This document shows positions 45,816 to 60,660 of a DNA stretch of 64,000 nucleotides, piece after piece. The position numbers and the translations under genes are program-made. Numbering within the stretch: position 1 is the stretch's first letter; the number at the start of each line of letters is the position of its first letter. The notes under the pieces were generated by a model, which worked only from the letters and a program-made list of their open reading frames with translations, was not told the DNA's origin and did not search any database. The stretch is taken from assembly GCF_009914755.1 (NCBI RefSeq), contig NC_060932.1. One strand, 5' to 3'. The stretch is from the human T2T-CHM13v2.0 reference genome, Homo sapiens.

Positions 45816-47001
45816 CCAGGAACTCTTATACATTGTTGATGGAAATACAAGTTAGTAAAACTTCTATGAAAAACAGCATGGAGATTTCTCAAAATAACTT
45901 AAAAATAGAATTATCATCTGATCCAGCAATCCCAGTACTGGGTATCTACCCAAAGGAAAATACATTAATATATCAAAAAGATAAATTCACTTGTATGTTT
46001 ATCATAGCACTATTCATAATAGCAAAGACATGGAATCAATTGAAGCATCAATCAACAGATTAATGGATAGAAAATATGATATATATATATATATAAACAA
46101 TGGAATACTAGTCATCTGTAAAAAAGAATGAAATCCCATCTTTTGCAGCAACATGGACAGAGCTTGTGGTTATTATTTTAAGTGAAACAAACCATGTACA
46201 GAAAGTCGAATATCATATATTCTCATTCATAAGTAGGTGCTAAAAATGTGTACACATTGACATAGAGAGTGGAATGATAGACAAGGGAGACTCAGAAGGG
46301 TGCAGGGGTTGGAGGGGGTTGATGAGAAGTTAGTTAATAGGTACAGTGTATATTATTTGGGTTATGGATATCTTAACCCTGACTCTTGACCACTACACAA
46401 TCCATGCATGTAACAAAATTGCACATGTACCCCAAAACTTTGTACAAATAAAAGTAAAATAAAAGCTTCTTGAGAGGGAAGATTATCCTGGATTATCTGA
46501 TGTGTCTTATGTAACCAAGACTTCTTAGAGAAAGACGAGAAAGTTAAAGGCAGAAGGAGATAATATCAAGGAAACAGGTTGAAATTAAGCTCTTTGAAGA
46601 CGGAGAAAGTGCCTATGAACTAAGGAATGCTGGTGGCTTCTAGAAGTTAGGAAAGGCAAGGAAATGGCTTGTTTTTTACAGCCTGCAGAAGGAATGCTTT
46701 GCTGATGACTCTATGCTATTAGCTCACTGAAATTGATTTTAGATTTATAATCTCTGAAAGGGCTAACATGTAGGTATAATCATCAAATGTTACTGTGATG
46801 TCCTAATTATGCTGCACACCTGTCATTGAGCTCTCTAGGAGAGCAGTCTCCTTGATTGTGTCCACTTGCCCTTGAATTCATCCCAACTTCTAACATGACA
46901 CATGGCCAAGCGTCGGTGCTTCAACATATTTGTTGGATGGATAAATGACTATCAATGAACATGGTACCTAATATATTGCAGTGTTCAAAAACATAGAGCT
47001 G

Positions 47002-47272
47002 AGCTCCCACATATCAGTGAGAACATAAAAGGACGCAAAGGCATAAGAATGATACAATGGACTTTGGGGACTTGGGGGGAAGAGTGGGATGGGAGAGAGG
47101 GATAAAAGACAACAAATATGGTGCAGTGTTTACTGCTTAGGTAATGGGTGCATCAGGTTCTTACAAATCTCCACTAAAGAACTTACTCATGTAATTAAAT
47201 ACCATCGGTACCTCAATACCTTATGGAAAAATATTTTTTTTTAAAAAAAAGAAACATCTTAAAGGATCTTAA
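47002..47272 (+). mobile_element. Short L1PB1 3' end with 5' inversion
   Basis: Forward part AGGACGCAAAGGCATAAGAATGATACAATGGACTTTGGGGAC... from 47030; 47002-47027 is the reverse complement of the adjacent upstream L1 segment; TSD approximately AA(C/T)ATAG(AG)AGCTGAG. Confidence 0.9.
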
Positions 47273-48326
47273 AAGAATATAGAGAGCTGAGAACATTACA
47301 CACTCAAATTAAACAAATAATCAAAACAGTTTAATTATGTTTAACATTTTTAGGTCAAATAACTCATCTCATTCCATTGTTTTTATAGGTAAGGTATAAA
47401 AATAATAAAATACAGGAATTCTAAAGCCAATCAGAAATGGGTTTGAAACATGGATCAGTTATTCACTAACTGGAATATTTTGCCATATCACCAGATCTGT
47501 CTGAGCCTCAATTTTCACATCTATAGTAAAGAGATAAAATACTTAGGGGAGCATCTTGTACTACCCTGAAGTAAGTGCCAAATTAAAAAAAAAAAAACAA
47601 AAAACACCCACACTCAAATAGACGGTAACTCATATCAAAAGGACACAGGAGGTGAAGGAAAGACTCCCAGGGGCCATAGCTGTAACAATTTCAGCACCAA
47701 AACAAAGTGTACTGAATTATAACCCCAAAAATAAAGTAAATGTCTATGAGTCTGTTCTGGTATAAATAAGTGATTGAATAAATAAGTAAAGGAGGAAAAT
47801 AGACAAATCTCCCATGCAGAAGGAATCCAAATAATTTTACCAGACGCTTTATCCTCAAGGAGAGGGACCATAACTATATGTGGGTTGCCCATAGTAACTT
47901 CCTTCCAAGGAATAACAGTATGAATGGGGGAGGAAAATGTAACTTACAGTGGAAAACCACACAGAAAATACCTCAACTCTATGATGAAGATTAACATCAA
48001 CAATAAGAAGTCATGCTGATAATCTGACTTCATACGATGTGATGGAAATGACACTACTCCAGTCATACTTCCCAAAATCCATAACCCTAGTCTAATTACG
48101 AGAAAATGACCAGAAACATCACGATCGAAATAGAGCATACGAAACACTCAACGAATATTCCTCAGAAATGTCAAGGTCATTACAAATATGGAAATTCTAA
48201 AAAGCTTACAGTGAAAGAGAAGCTTTAAGAGAAGCAGCAACAACATAATGTCATATTGAGTCCTGGAATGTAATATGGATGGAGTTCTGGAAGAGAAAAT
48301 GAACATTAGGTTAAAACTAAGAAAAT

Positions 48327-48946
<620 letters not shown>

Positions 48947-51009
48947 GTGTGAGTTTAGAAGACAGTAATGTACTTGTGTTGGTTTATTAATTGCAATAAA
49001 TGCACCTTACTAAAGTAAGATGTTAGTATTGAGGGGATCCGCGTGCAGAGTATATGGGAGCTTTCTCTATGAAGTTCACAGTTATTCTGTAAATTTAATT
49101 TTTTTCTAAATAAAAAGTTGTGTGTTTTTTTGTTTGTTTTTATGAGACCTGACAAAGAACAATAAAATGAAGTTTCAGAGTGCCAGTTAAATAGGGCTAA
49201 GCAAAAGTTTGCACTGATAACAATTGGGATATAGTAAATGCCCGGTAAGTTTCTTGGTATCATTTGGTGGTGACAGAGGGGCATGCCTCTTGGGTGTGAA
49301 TGGTGAGCTCCTTGAAGGTAGGAATGGCAAGCAATTCCATCTGTCCTCTCATTCCCAGAGCAACAAGAATGGGTTTTCTTCAACTATATAAATGTAATTT
49401 CTAGTTCTGTTGTCTTTAAAATAAGTGGACCTATTTATATGCCACATCTTTTATTTAAACTTTGATGATGCTTTGCTACCTGTCAGAGCATAGCTGATAC
49501 ATGGATCTTCCCACTGCACCTTCATGTAGGACGATTTAGGCTTTCATTCTGCAATTCTGTCATTTATGCTTTCCTTTTTTCTATTTTGTACTCACTGCAT
49601 CTCTGGGACTGTATCATAGTGGATTGTATTTGTAACAGGCCTAACTCCCCCACTAGACTTTGAGGCCTTCGTGGACAAGGATTATGCAGTATTTATATCT
49701 TTTATAAATCAAAATCTTAGTGTGATATTTGATACATAGCTTATTCAATGATGAATGAAAGAATGGTTATTTGAAGGGAGGAAATGATTAAACAGATGAA
49801 ATAAACTGACAACCAAAATGAAGAATGCATTTGTGGGTGTGTTATTACTTCAAACTCTACCACTATAAGCCCTAAAGAAACATGCAGAGTATGAAGCATT
49901 TTAGCTCCCTGCAGATGGATCCTAAAAGCTTTCAGGTGACACTGCCTGGGTTGTCAGAGAATGACTTGCCAAATCAAAAGAGACATCTTCTGTTGGAATT
50001 CTTGAGTTAGCACATGGATAAAAAAATTCCATTTAAATTCTCTCCGCTCTTCTTATCCTTTGCAGAGGCATCCTTAATTTTAGAGCTGAAAATGTAGGAA
50101 TCAAATCCCTGGGTCACTGATAAGCATTAAATAATATTAACAACTAATATCTTTTTTAACGTTTAGTTAAAAATCACACAAAAAATGTATACCACAAAAT
50201 TTTTACTACCTATGGAATCAAAGAATTTCAAAGCTGGTAGGTGATGTTAATTTGTTCAAGTTATTGTATTTGAGTCAAATTATAAAGCAAATCTTCTCAT
50301 TTGGTTAGTATACCACCACACTGACTCTAGAAGCCTCTGGTCTCTCAAAGCTCTTTGAAGACAAGGCTACGAATTGGTCCTTTGAGATATTCAGTATCTT
50401 TGATACTACTTGGAATACTCTTTCAGGCACTATAGTGCCGTTACAAATTACAGTAAGGACACTCATAATCTATTCCACTCCTGTCAGTGACAGGCATTGT
50501 GTTAAATGACATATACATTATTTATTTTGAGGCTCACAACAATTTGATATAAGTTTTCTTGTGGCCACTTGATAGAAAAAGAAACTGAATCAGCAATATT
50601 AAGTGACCTAATCAAATTACACAGCTAATAAGAGGAGAATCAGAGTTTGCTGAGGAATTGTGACTCCAGAACTTTTAATTTCATATTTACAAAATCTCTT
50701 GAATCTACACAAGTTCCATTTTTATATATGTTGCACACAGGCAGATATTTCTATTTGCAGACAATGGGGCAATTTAAACAGTTCACCACTCAAGTTTTAC
50801 TCTATACATTTGCATTAACACATTTACTAAATCTGCCCACTGACAAATGACATCATATAATGAAAGATCTAAGATATCAGGGAAATCACTCAGCACAACT
50901 GAACCAGTTTACAAAGGGAGAAAGCAAGACTCTGAGAGAGGATGAGATGCATGTACAATATCATCTCTCCCTAATGGTTTGTGGAGTTGGGAAAAGCTGG
51001 GGAAGACGA

Positions 51010-51449
51010 TGTATTGCTTGGTGGTTGCAGAAATGTGCTAGGGCTGCCATAACAAAGCCTCACAAACTGGGCAGCTCAAACTACAGAAATTTATTTTCTC
51101 ACTATTATGGAGGCTAAAAGTCCAAGATAAAGCTGTGAGTGGTGCTAGTTCTTTCTGAGGTCCATGAAAAGAGGAACTGTTTTAGGTATTTCCTCTTGGC
51201 TTGTAAATGGACAATTTCCCCTATGTCTTTACATCCTCTTATCTTTGTATATGTCTGTGTCTGTATTTTCTCTCCTCATAAGGACACTAATAATGTTGGA
51301 TTAGGGTCTACCCCAGTGATTCATGTTAATTAATTACCACTGTAAAGGCCCTTTCTCCAAATACAGTCACATTCTTAGATAGCAGAGGTTAGGACTTCAG
51401 CATATGAATTAGGTGGAGGTGGATGGGGGCAACAATTCAGGCCCTAACA
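51010..51449 (-). mobile_element. MLT1B-like MaLR LTR
   Basis: GCTAGGGCTGCCATAACAAAG...TCCAAATACAGTCACATTCT...GGTTAGGACTTCAGCATATGAATT...ACAATTCAGGCCCTAACA. Confidence 0.85.
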
Positions 51450-51870
51450 GTGTTTTTTTCAAGCACCACAAGGTTAAACAAGTAGAACTTTGAATTTATG
51501 GGGCTTCGATTCCTTCAGAAAAGTAAAAACTAATCCACAAGTTAACATAAATATTCAAAGAACCCTACATTTTTTTTTTACAAAGCAAGAGGATGAGTTG
51601 TCAGGTACCACATCTCAGAAGTCACAGAAAATTGGAAAAATACATGTTTTGAAGATAGAAATTCACTGAAAATTTAAATTCTTTCCTTCTCCATAACTCC
51701 CTTCTGAGCCACTTTCACCTTTTCTTCTTTCAGTGTCTAGGACACTTTTAGTGTTTTACACTCATTTTAGAGCTCATTGAAATACCCTTTCTATTGGTCC
51801 ATCACTTAGGCATGCAGGTTTCTCCCCACAGTGAAACTCAGAACTCCTTATGACGCTTGAACCATGTCTT

Positions 51871-52678
51871 TTTTTTTTTAAATTATACTTTAAGTTATAG
51901 GGTACATGTGCACAACGTGCAAGTTTGTTACATATGTATACATGTGCCATGTTGGTGTGCTGCACCCAGTAACTCATCATTTAACATTAGGTATATCTCC
52001 TAATGCTATCCCTCCCCCCTCCCCCCACCCCACAACAGTCCCCAGAGTGTGATGTTCCCCTTCCTGTGTCCATGTGTTCTCATTGTTCAATTCCCACCTA
52101 TGAGTGAGAACATGCAGTGTTTGGTTTTTTGTCCTTGTGGTAGTTTGCTGAGAATGATGGTTTCCAGCTTCATCCATGTCCCTACAAAGGACATGAACTC
52201 ATCATTTTTTATGGCTGCATAGTATTCCATGGTGTATATGTGCTACATTTTCTTAATCCAGTCTATCATTGTTGGACATCTGGGTTGGTTCCAAGTCTTT
52301 GCTATTGTGAATAGTGCTGCAATAAACATACATGTGCTTGTGTCTTTACAGCAGCATGATTTATAATCCTCTGGGTATATACCCAGTAATGGGATTGCTG
52401 GGTCAAATGGTATTTCTAGTTCTAGACCCCTGAGGAATCATCATACTGACTTCCACAATGGTTGAACTAGTTTACAGTCCCACCAACAGTGTAAAAGTGT
52501 TCCTATTTCTCCACATCCTCTTCAGCACCTGTTGTTTCCTGTTTCCTGACTTTTTAATGATCGTCATTCCAACTGGTGTGAGATGGTATCTCACTGTGGT
52601 TTTGATTTACATTTCTCTGATGGCCAGTGATGGTGAGCATTTTTTCATGTGTCTTCTGGCTGCATAAATGTCTTCTTA
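51871..52678 (-). mobile_element. 5'-truncated L1PA (PA3-PA5), ~0.8 kb
   Basis: L1PA 3' UTR and ORF2 C-terminus on the minus strand; perfect 14-bp TSD TTGAACCATGTCTT (51857-51870, 52679-52692). Confidence 0.96.
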
Positions 52679-54179
52679 TTGAACCATGTCTTATACTTAA
52701 GTGTCAAGCACAGCATCCTATGCTGGTCTGGGCTTACTCTGCAGATGAGACGTGTACTTTAAAATACAATTCAAAGATACAGTTTAGGAGAATAGTGAGG
52801 GTGTTGGAATGTAGAGGAGAGAGGTTCTTACTTCTCTAAATAATTATGTTCTTTCTTCCAACCTTGGGCAAAAAAAGAAAAAAAATTATATTTAGCCAAT
52901 TATTTGCTAGCCACATGTATCACTCATTCATTCATTAATTAACTAGAGATTTTGATAATGCCCATGGGTAGGTGAGCAGACAGACCTGAGATGCCTGTGT
53001 ACTCTATTCAAAATCACACATTCAGCAAAGGGAAACTTCTCAACAAAACACACTTTTGGTCTAATTTCAAAGCCCAAATTCTTTTGTCCTCAAAAATGAG
53101 GTCAAATTTCAGGCTTTACATATTGGCTTGTAGAGCCCAGAGTGTCAGCTGAGATTTGCACAGCCATGGACCTGTGAATAACACACCTCCTGTTCCTGGA
53201 TTTCAAGGCCTCCAAAGCCCTCCCTGAGATTTCTGACAACAATCTAGATTGAAAACCTCAGGGCTCCCCTTTGCTCTGGGTTTCTTTGTTTCCTTCTGTT
53301 TCCTGTGTGCCTCACCACAGACAAAGGATCAAACCCATCCCTCTACTGGTTTTCTCCAAATAAAAATCAATAAATAAATAGCACAGTGCACAGCCTTCCT
53401 GTCTATGACAGCGCATGCTGGAGAACTGAGAGGACCTAGCATGCACCATTAAACTAAAAATCCTACCAACAGTAAAGTAAACAAAGGATAACAAATCAGA
53501 AGCCTATATTAATTTCTTAGATATTCTTGTATTCAAAAAAAAATCCTCTCAGACTATCATTTCCCCAGTGATTTCTCTTTTTGGGCTCTTTGATCTGACT
53601 CGGACTCTACAAATAATGTCTTCTCTATTAATCTCTTTTTTTACTCTTCGCCAATACCCCTTTCTTTTTGTACTCTCATCTCCTGATAGAGTAAGTCAAC
53701 CTCTCATTGTGTCTTCTGCAGAGAAATTCTGTCCTTTCCCGAAATCCTTGCTAGGAACTTGGGATGAGGATCTTATGAGAGAGGAAAGCATGAGGCACGC
53801 CCTACTTTGTGCTGGAGAGGTTCTGAGAGATGACAAGACTGCAAGGGAGGCTCTTTGTATGAGATCATGACTGTTTCCTTAAAGGATAAGAGGAATTGGC
53901 TGATAGCAGGATATTTTAGGCACAAGAGACAACCTTCCAGAGAAAGTAAAGTTTTTCCTAAAGCATCTTTTGTAAAGTAAGTTCTGAATCCTTAGGCAAA
54001 CAAGTTAAAACAAAACAAAACAAATGTCTTCATACTTCTGTAAAAAAATTCAGAGGCACCTATGAACAAAATCGTATTTGTTAAAAATTTGAGGCCACCT
54101 TCTTTTCCATCACTGTGCATGAGCGTCTGTGTAGCAGAGGGCAGAGAAAGCTGATGGCAGTTTCTTTTTCCCCAGCAAA

Positions 54180-54700
54180 TAGGGCAGTGTGATTTTTGCC
54201 CCGGGCGCGTTTTGTGCACTTTCTCCAAGCATACTCTCTTTGTTGTGTGAATGATTCAGAGTGTGCCGCCAGGCTCTTATTTGCCTGGGCCTATAAAAGC
54301 TGCCAGGAGTTGTCTTGTACTCAACAATTTAGTGTGAAAGACATGGGCACCATTATCTCTAACACGTCTGAAAGATTATAATTAAGGGCGGCAGCGTTGA
54401 CAGAGAAGTTCAGATTTTCTCCAGCAATGAGGCTATAAATTGAGGATGGTACAGGATTCGGACAATTGAACCTCTATGCAGGCACTCAGTCATAATTGGC
54501 ATTGATTTAACAGTCCACAGCTCACCCCCAGCATCGTAAATTGATTGGAAATGACAAGCAATGAAGATTAACACCTTTCAGAACAGCATTCACTTTAAAT
54601 AAATAAATATCAGAAAAGATAAAGCATTTAACTGTATTGCATGTCATACCTCCCTCTGCCCCATGAAAATGCCACCAAGGAGCTATAAACTAGAAAACCT
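54180..54700. promoter_or_regulatory. Candidate conserved non-coding enhancer (homeodomain/TALE motif cluster)
   Basis: Repeat-free, retains CpGs; CTATAAA three times, TCGTAAA, TGATTG, TGATTTAAC, TGACAG, TAATTG/TAATTA. Motif-based only. Confidence 0.35.
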
Positions 54701-54859
54701 TTCCCAAAGCAAATCCAGTGACTTCCAGGATAATATAAACAGGATCAGTCTCTGCTTGACTGCTATCCTGAGAGAGCTGTTTAAATCATGGAGAATTCCT
54801 CCTTTTAAACTTTGCAGTTTAATAAAGGCTTATGTATGTAGCATTTGTTTACTTTGGGC

Positions 54860-55100
54860 ATTTAGAGTAATGATGTGGGTGCAAGCTTTGGGTCCAGAAA
54901 GCCTGCATTCAAATCTATTTGTCCCTCCTGTGAATGTTCTCTCCTGGCTGAATTGCTCGTTTGATTCCTCTGTGCCTCAATTGTCTGGTGTTTAGAATAA
55001 AAGCAACAATGGGACCTACCTCACAAAGAAGGTAGATGGTTAAGCGGCTTCCCTAAAGGAAAGCATTAAGAAAATGCCCGTATGCTGTAAATGTTAGGTA
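54860..55100 (+). mobile_element. MIR remnant
   Basis: GCTTTGGGTCCAGAAAGCCTGCATTCAAATC...CCTCTGTGCCTCAATTG...ACCTACCTCACA. Confidence 0.6.
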
Positions 55101-56983
55101 TTAAAATCAGCTAGCCATCAGGGCGCCTGAGTAGGGGCTCCTTACTCAGACATGGGGGTGGGGGGGTATAGATGAAGCCTCTATCCTTAACGGGAATTAA
55201 ATTGCTTTCTTAATTTTGAGTATAACATAAGTCACATGAATCACCACTCAAAACATATTAAAATGTATATAAGAAAAACCTCAACTTGTGTCTGCTCATT
55301 TTTGGCCCAGATGCTCCTGAATTTCTGACCCACAGGAACTGCACGAGATAGGTGATAAATGTGTCCTGATATTTTATGCCAACAGGTTTTGTGTTAAGTT
55401 GTTCCTTAACAATATATAACTAATATGCAATGCAAGGATTTTAGATCTGGGCAAGCTATCCTTAAACCATTGAAGTTATAGACAAAAGCATTAAATATGC
55501 AAAAAGTCAGATAATATTTTTTGCATAAACTATATTTGCTTTTTAGCCTGATAGTATTCTTCATTAGTAAGTTTGCCAATCTTTTTCTATATTTTATTTC
55601 TTATAGAATCTGTTTTAGTGCAGGTTCCTTTTCTAACATCATCAAATGAATGAGTTGGACTTTTACGTAGGAAGTGGTCAGTATCATCTTCAAGGCATAG
55701 TTGCTTTCCATATTCCAAAGACTCTCTTATTTTCTGTTGCCAAAGAGACAGATTACCCCCTGCAGTCATGGTGCATATGTTACTTTTGATGTAGCAGCCT
55801 CTCCTTTGCTTTTATAAACCAAACCCCAGGGCCTGGAGAGTTTTTTCTTCTATCCCTAATTGCCCCATTATTAATATTCTAAAGAAGGCATATACTTGTC
55901 TCTCTTTAGGATGTACCCCTCTCTTTTAGAAATAATGTCTTTGCTGGGATTTCCAAAATCTACTGATTCTGAGCTGGCTCATTAACCTTTGTTGTCTTCT
56001 TTTTGCTTCTTCATTTATGTGTTCTATCTCAGCTACGTTTAGCCACCTTTTCTCATGATTGAAAAGAGGGACTTTACCTGATAAACTACCTTTGCCAAAA
56101 ATGAAGTTTGTATCATGTTTCAATTTTTATTTTTTTATGTTTGATAATTTCAGGAGGGAAATGAAAAAAATGCCAACATGTTTAGCCATATTCATATAAA
56201 ATTATTTAACCCTTTTTCATGTATCTCTCTTCTACAAGCTTTTTTCCCCTCCAATTTTAGATCAGTACCACATGAGGCTGTTGTAGAGGTCAGATGAGAA
56301 ACTACATAAATACTCAACATATGGGTGCCAGCTAGACTTCAAAGAAGTATATATGTACTGTTGTTATTAATACTAATTATAAGAAAAGTTGCCTTCCTAA
56401 GAGGAGCAAGCCAGTTTAAAAAAAATGAATGAATTTTGCAATGTAGCTACCAGCATCATAGATCTTCCCACAGTGGTACCTCATTAATGCAGAAGTCACA
56501 GCACCATACCAGGGCTTTCTTTTCAGCCTTTATTTATCTTGTGTTCTGGAACTGTGGCTGCCCAAGCCTGGGAGTGTTCACTGAAGCACTTAGTCTTCTT
56601 TTCCTTTAGGTACTTTGTGCCCAGCGCTTAGGAGAAATTGTGGAATATTTATTGAATAAATAAATGGCTTCCCATTGCATTTCAGTCTCTACCAATACTC
56701 TGTTACTTCCTGTTCTTTATTCATTTAAGCAATAGTACCGTCATTTCTTAAAATATATATGCCCCTTCCTTTGCAAAAGCTGGCACCTAATACCAAACTG
56801 ATTTATGCAGAAGCAAATAATGGTGTGTACAACTATCAAGCTTTGGGTTTTTCAACCTTTTGGAATGATTGATTTTTCTGGCCATTTCTATTCATGTTAG
56901 TTTTAGTCTGATCCATGATGCAAACAGAATGGGACCCATGAATGAATTGACCCGTGTGGCCCACCATTTGCTGGGGCTACGTA

Positions 56984-57089
56984 TTAGGTTGGTGCAAAAG
57001 TCATTGCAGTTTTTGCCATTATTTTTAGTGGCAAAACATGAAGTTATTTTTAATGGCAAAAAACCGTGATAACTTTTGCATCAACCTCA
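56984..57089 (+). mobile_element. MADE1 (Hsmar1-derived MITE) with internal duplication
   Basis: TIRs TTAGGTTGGTGCAAAAGTCATTGCAGTTTTTGCCATT / AATGGCAAAAAACCGTGATAACTTTTGCATCAACCTCA; TA TSDs; 106 bp versus the usual ~80 bp. Confidence 0.93.
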
Positions 57090-58299
57090 TAACTCCTGCA
57101 CTCCAAAGACATAACCAAGTCTCTGTTGCTTTCTCTACTAAATCACTTAATGGAAAGTCACAAAGAAAGCAGAACAGGGTTAAATGATGTTTATTATGAA
57201 GTAAGTGCAGTCAGGTCCACTCATGTGTGACTCTAATTTGAAGCAATGACAAGCATAATGAAAGGGCAGTGTACTGTCCCTTGATAGGGAATGACCAAGA
57301 GCTGAGATAGTTCTTTTGATTTCCACAGTCAGTGCTTTATGTAGGAAAAGGGATTGGGTGAAAGATAATGCCTCTTGAACCGAGACCTTAGGAGATGAGA
57401 CTATTTTAGCCAGCTGGTGCTAAAATATACCTGATAACCTGACGGTGGGGGGAGTTCACCCATAATAGACTTTAGTGTGAATAGACTGATGAAATATATT
57501 CTTTTCTTCTCTTTGACATCAGTGCTATTTATTATCTCATATTATGCTGTTGAAAAATGGAATTCAACTTAGACAAAATGTGATTATAAGTCCTCCTTTG
57601 GTTCTTTCACAATTTTCAGCTCACTACTTTTCAGTTTAGCTATACAGAACATACTGCTTTTTGGCTTTTGTTACTTCTGAGTTGTTTTGCTTTTTTTGGA
57701 CATGGACTTTCAACTTCTAATTCATAGTGACAAACATACTCAGTGTGATCTCATCTAAAGTGTTTTCTGAAAATAATCTGAAAGCAGTTGGAAAATGGAT
57801 TTATTCCTAAATATGCAATTATATATTTTTGCATATTTAATATATATGAGGTATCACTGTTTATTATCTTGATACATTTACAAACACACAGGCATCTCCT
57901 CCTGAGACTAAGTGGCCCAAGACAAACAGACATGTTATTAGGACACAACTTATTGCAATCTCATTTAACCAAATCTCATCCAATCAAAGGAAAGCTTTTC
58001 TTACACCTGAGCATGCTCTCGTTTCACCAGTTTAGAGGCTCTCTATGATGCCATTGGTCATTCTCAGTCCCCTCCCTAGTAGGAGTTAGACCTTCTCCCC
58101 TCTTCTTTCTAAATGCACTACTTTATGTGTCTGTCTCCATCATACAAAGTAATCTTCTTGACCGGGCATGGGCTGTTGCTTATCACTGAGTTGTTTACTC
58201 TTAGCCCATTCTTCTGGGGAAAAAAAATAAAGTCTTGTATGGAGCACCAGTTGGGTCTCAAGAACTGGTTTTATTCTTGAGTAAGAGCAGCCGTTCTGG

Positions 58300-58720
58300 C
58301 CTGAGAATGTACCTGGCAGATTCACTACAGGGATTGTATTTGGTGCAGGACCTCAGCTGCTGTGCTTTGCAATCTGTAGCTGCCCTTACATTCAGGCCAC
58401 ACCTTTTGCAGCTGCTCCTTACCAATAATTCCTGCAGCATGAATGCTAAGGAAAACCTACTGCTGGGAGACTTGGAGACCCTTTGTCAGATGACTTTGAC
58501 TCAAGGACCTGGTGGCCCTGCTGAACCTTTAGACTACATGGAAATTGAGGGCTTCCTCTCAACCCTCTTTCTTCTTTTTAACTTGCTGTCAGCCTTGCAT
58601 CATGGTCTGATGTCTGATGAATCTCTCAGCCTTCCTCATCTCAGGTATTTCCCCTAATAAAATCTTGATACATTTAATTATTTTATGTCATGTGCTGCAT
58701 GGATGTCCTGGACATCCATC
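58300..58720 (+). mobile_element. LTR16-family (ERVL) LTR remnant
   Basis: 3' end CAGGTATTTCCCTAATAAAATCTTGATACATTTAAT...GTCCTGGAC resembles LTR16D-type ends; left boundary uncertain. Confidence 0.55.
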
Positions 58721-58879
58721 TTAGCAGCTAAGAATACAATTGGGTTTTCTACTCCTCTGAAGGTTATATTTTAGTAGGAAGGAAAGAATGAAATAAATGT
58801 AGTATAAAGGAAAGAAGAAAAGAAAATAGGAACAAAGAAAGAAGGAAGAAAAGGTGATTTAAGGCACTGATATATACAA

Positions 58880-60071
<1,192 letters not shown>

Positions 60072-60259
60072 TAAAAGATAAAGTTGATAAGAGCAACACC
60101 ACAGATTTGTTGAGAGGATTAAGTAAATAAATGTGGCTATCAGGAAGAAGTCTGGCTGACGAGAGTTATTCCATTCAAAAGGCAGGCTTTCTTAGACCAA
60201 GACTTTGAAACTCTTCAGGCCTTGATTTCATACCAGGCTAATATCAGTTTAGGCTACAA

Positions 60260-60660
60260 TCTGTCAGGAACCCAGCAGGAAGCAACTGGCACACCCAAAG
60301 AGGTAAAGGGAGAAAGTTCAATGAAGAATTATACATAAAGTTATCCACAGTGATAGCATAGGGAAAATGGGGGTGGGGGGAGATGAGAAATTAGATTTAC
60401 CACACCCAGGCATGTTGGCAAGGGAAGAGAGTGGTTACTAGACCGGGGGAGGCATAGCAAATAAGACAGGGACAGCCTGATAACCCCTGAGGCCGCAGGA
60501 GAGGAACTCAGCCCTCCCCAAGCATGGCCAAGGGTTGAGGCCACAAAGTAGTGTGGTTGAATGAACACTCTGACCTTTCTTTCCTTTTCCATTTGTATCC
60601 TCCTGGTGCCTCATATTGGACAAAATTTTCTGAAAACAAGAAGGCAGGGAAGCCACTTAA
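60260..60660 (-). mobile_element. Ancient LTR remnant (LTR78/79-like, tentative)
   Basis: TCTGTCAGGAACCCAGCAGGAAGCAACTGGCACAC...GGTGCCTCATATTGGACAAAA...AGAAGGCAGGGAAGCC. Confidence 0.4.

Larger units (their letters stand above)
42148..46464 (+). mobile_element. 5'-truncated L1PB (PB3/4-like), degraded ORF2 plus 3' UTR
   Basis: ORF2 remnants ([25 protein letters not shown]; DPAIPVLGIYPKE); 3' UTR GTGCTAAAAATGTGTACAC...CATGTAACAAAATTGCACATGTACCCC...AATAAAA. Confidence 0.92.
42033..46760 (+). mobile_element. MLT1D-like MaLR LTR split in two (42033-42147 and ~46465-46760) by an L1PB insertion
   Basis: Left part ...CAGATGTGGTAAGGATC resumes on the right as TCTTGAGAGGGAAGATTATCCTGGATTATC, contiguous in the recalled MLT1D consensus. 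Confidence 0.8.

Noticed and set aside
54291-54298. TATA box of a gene promoter
   Set aside because: No CpG island or downstream exon recognised; it reads equally well as a HOX/CDX-type motif.
58235-58657. 140-aa ORF
   Set aside because: Lies largely in an LTR16-like remnant, has no recognisable domain and no supporting exon structure.
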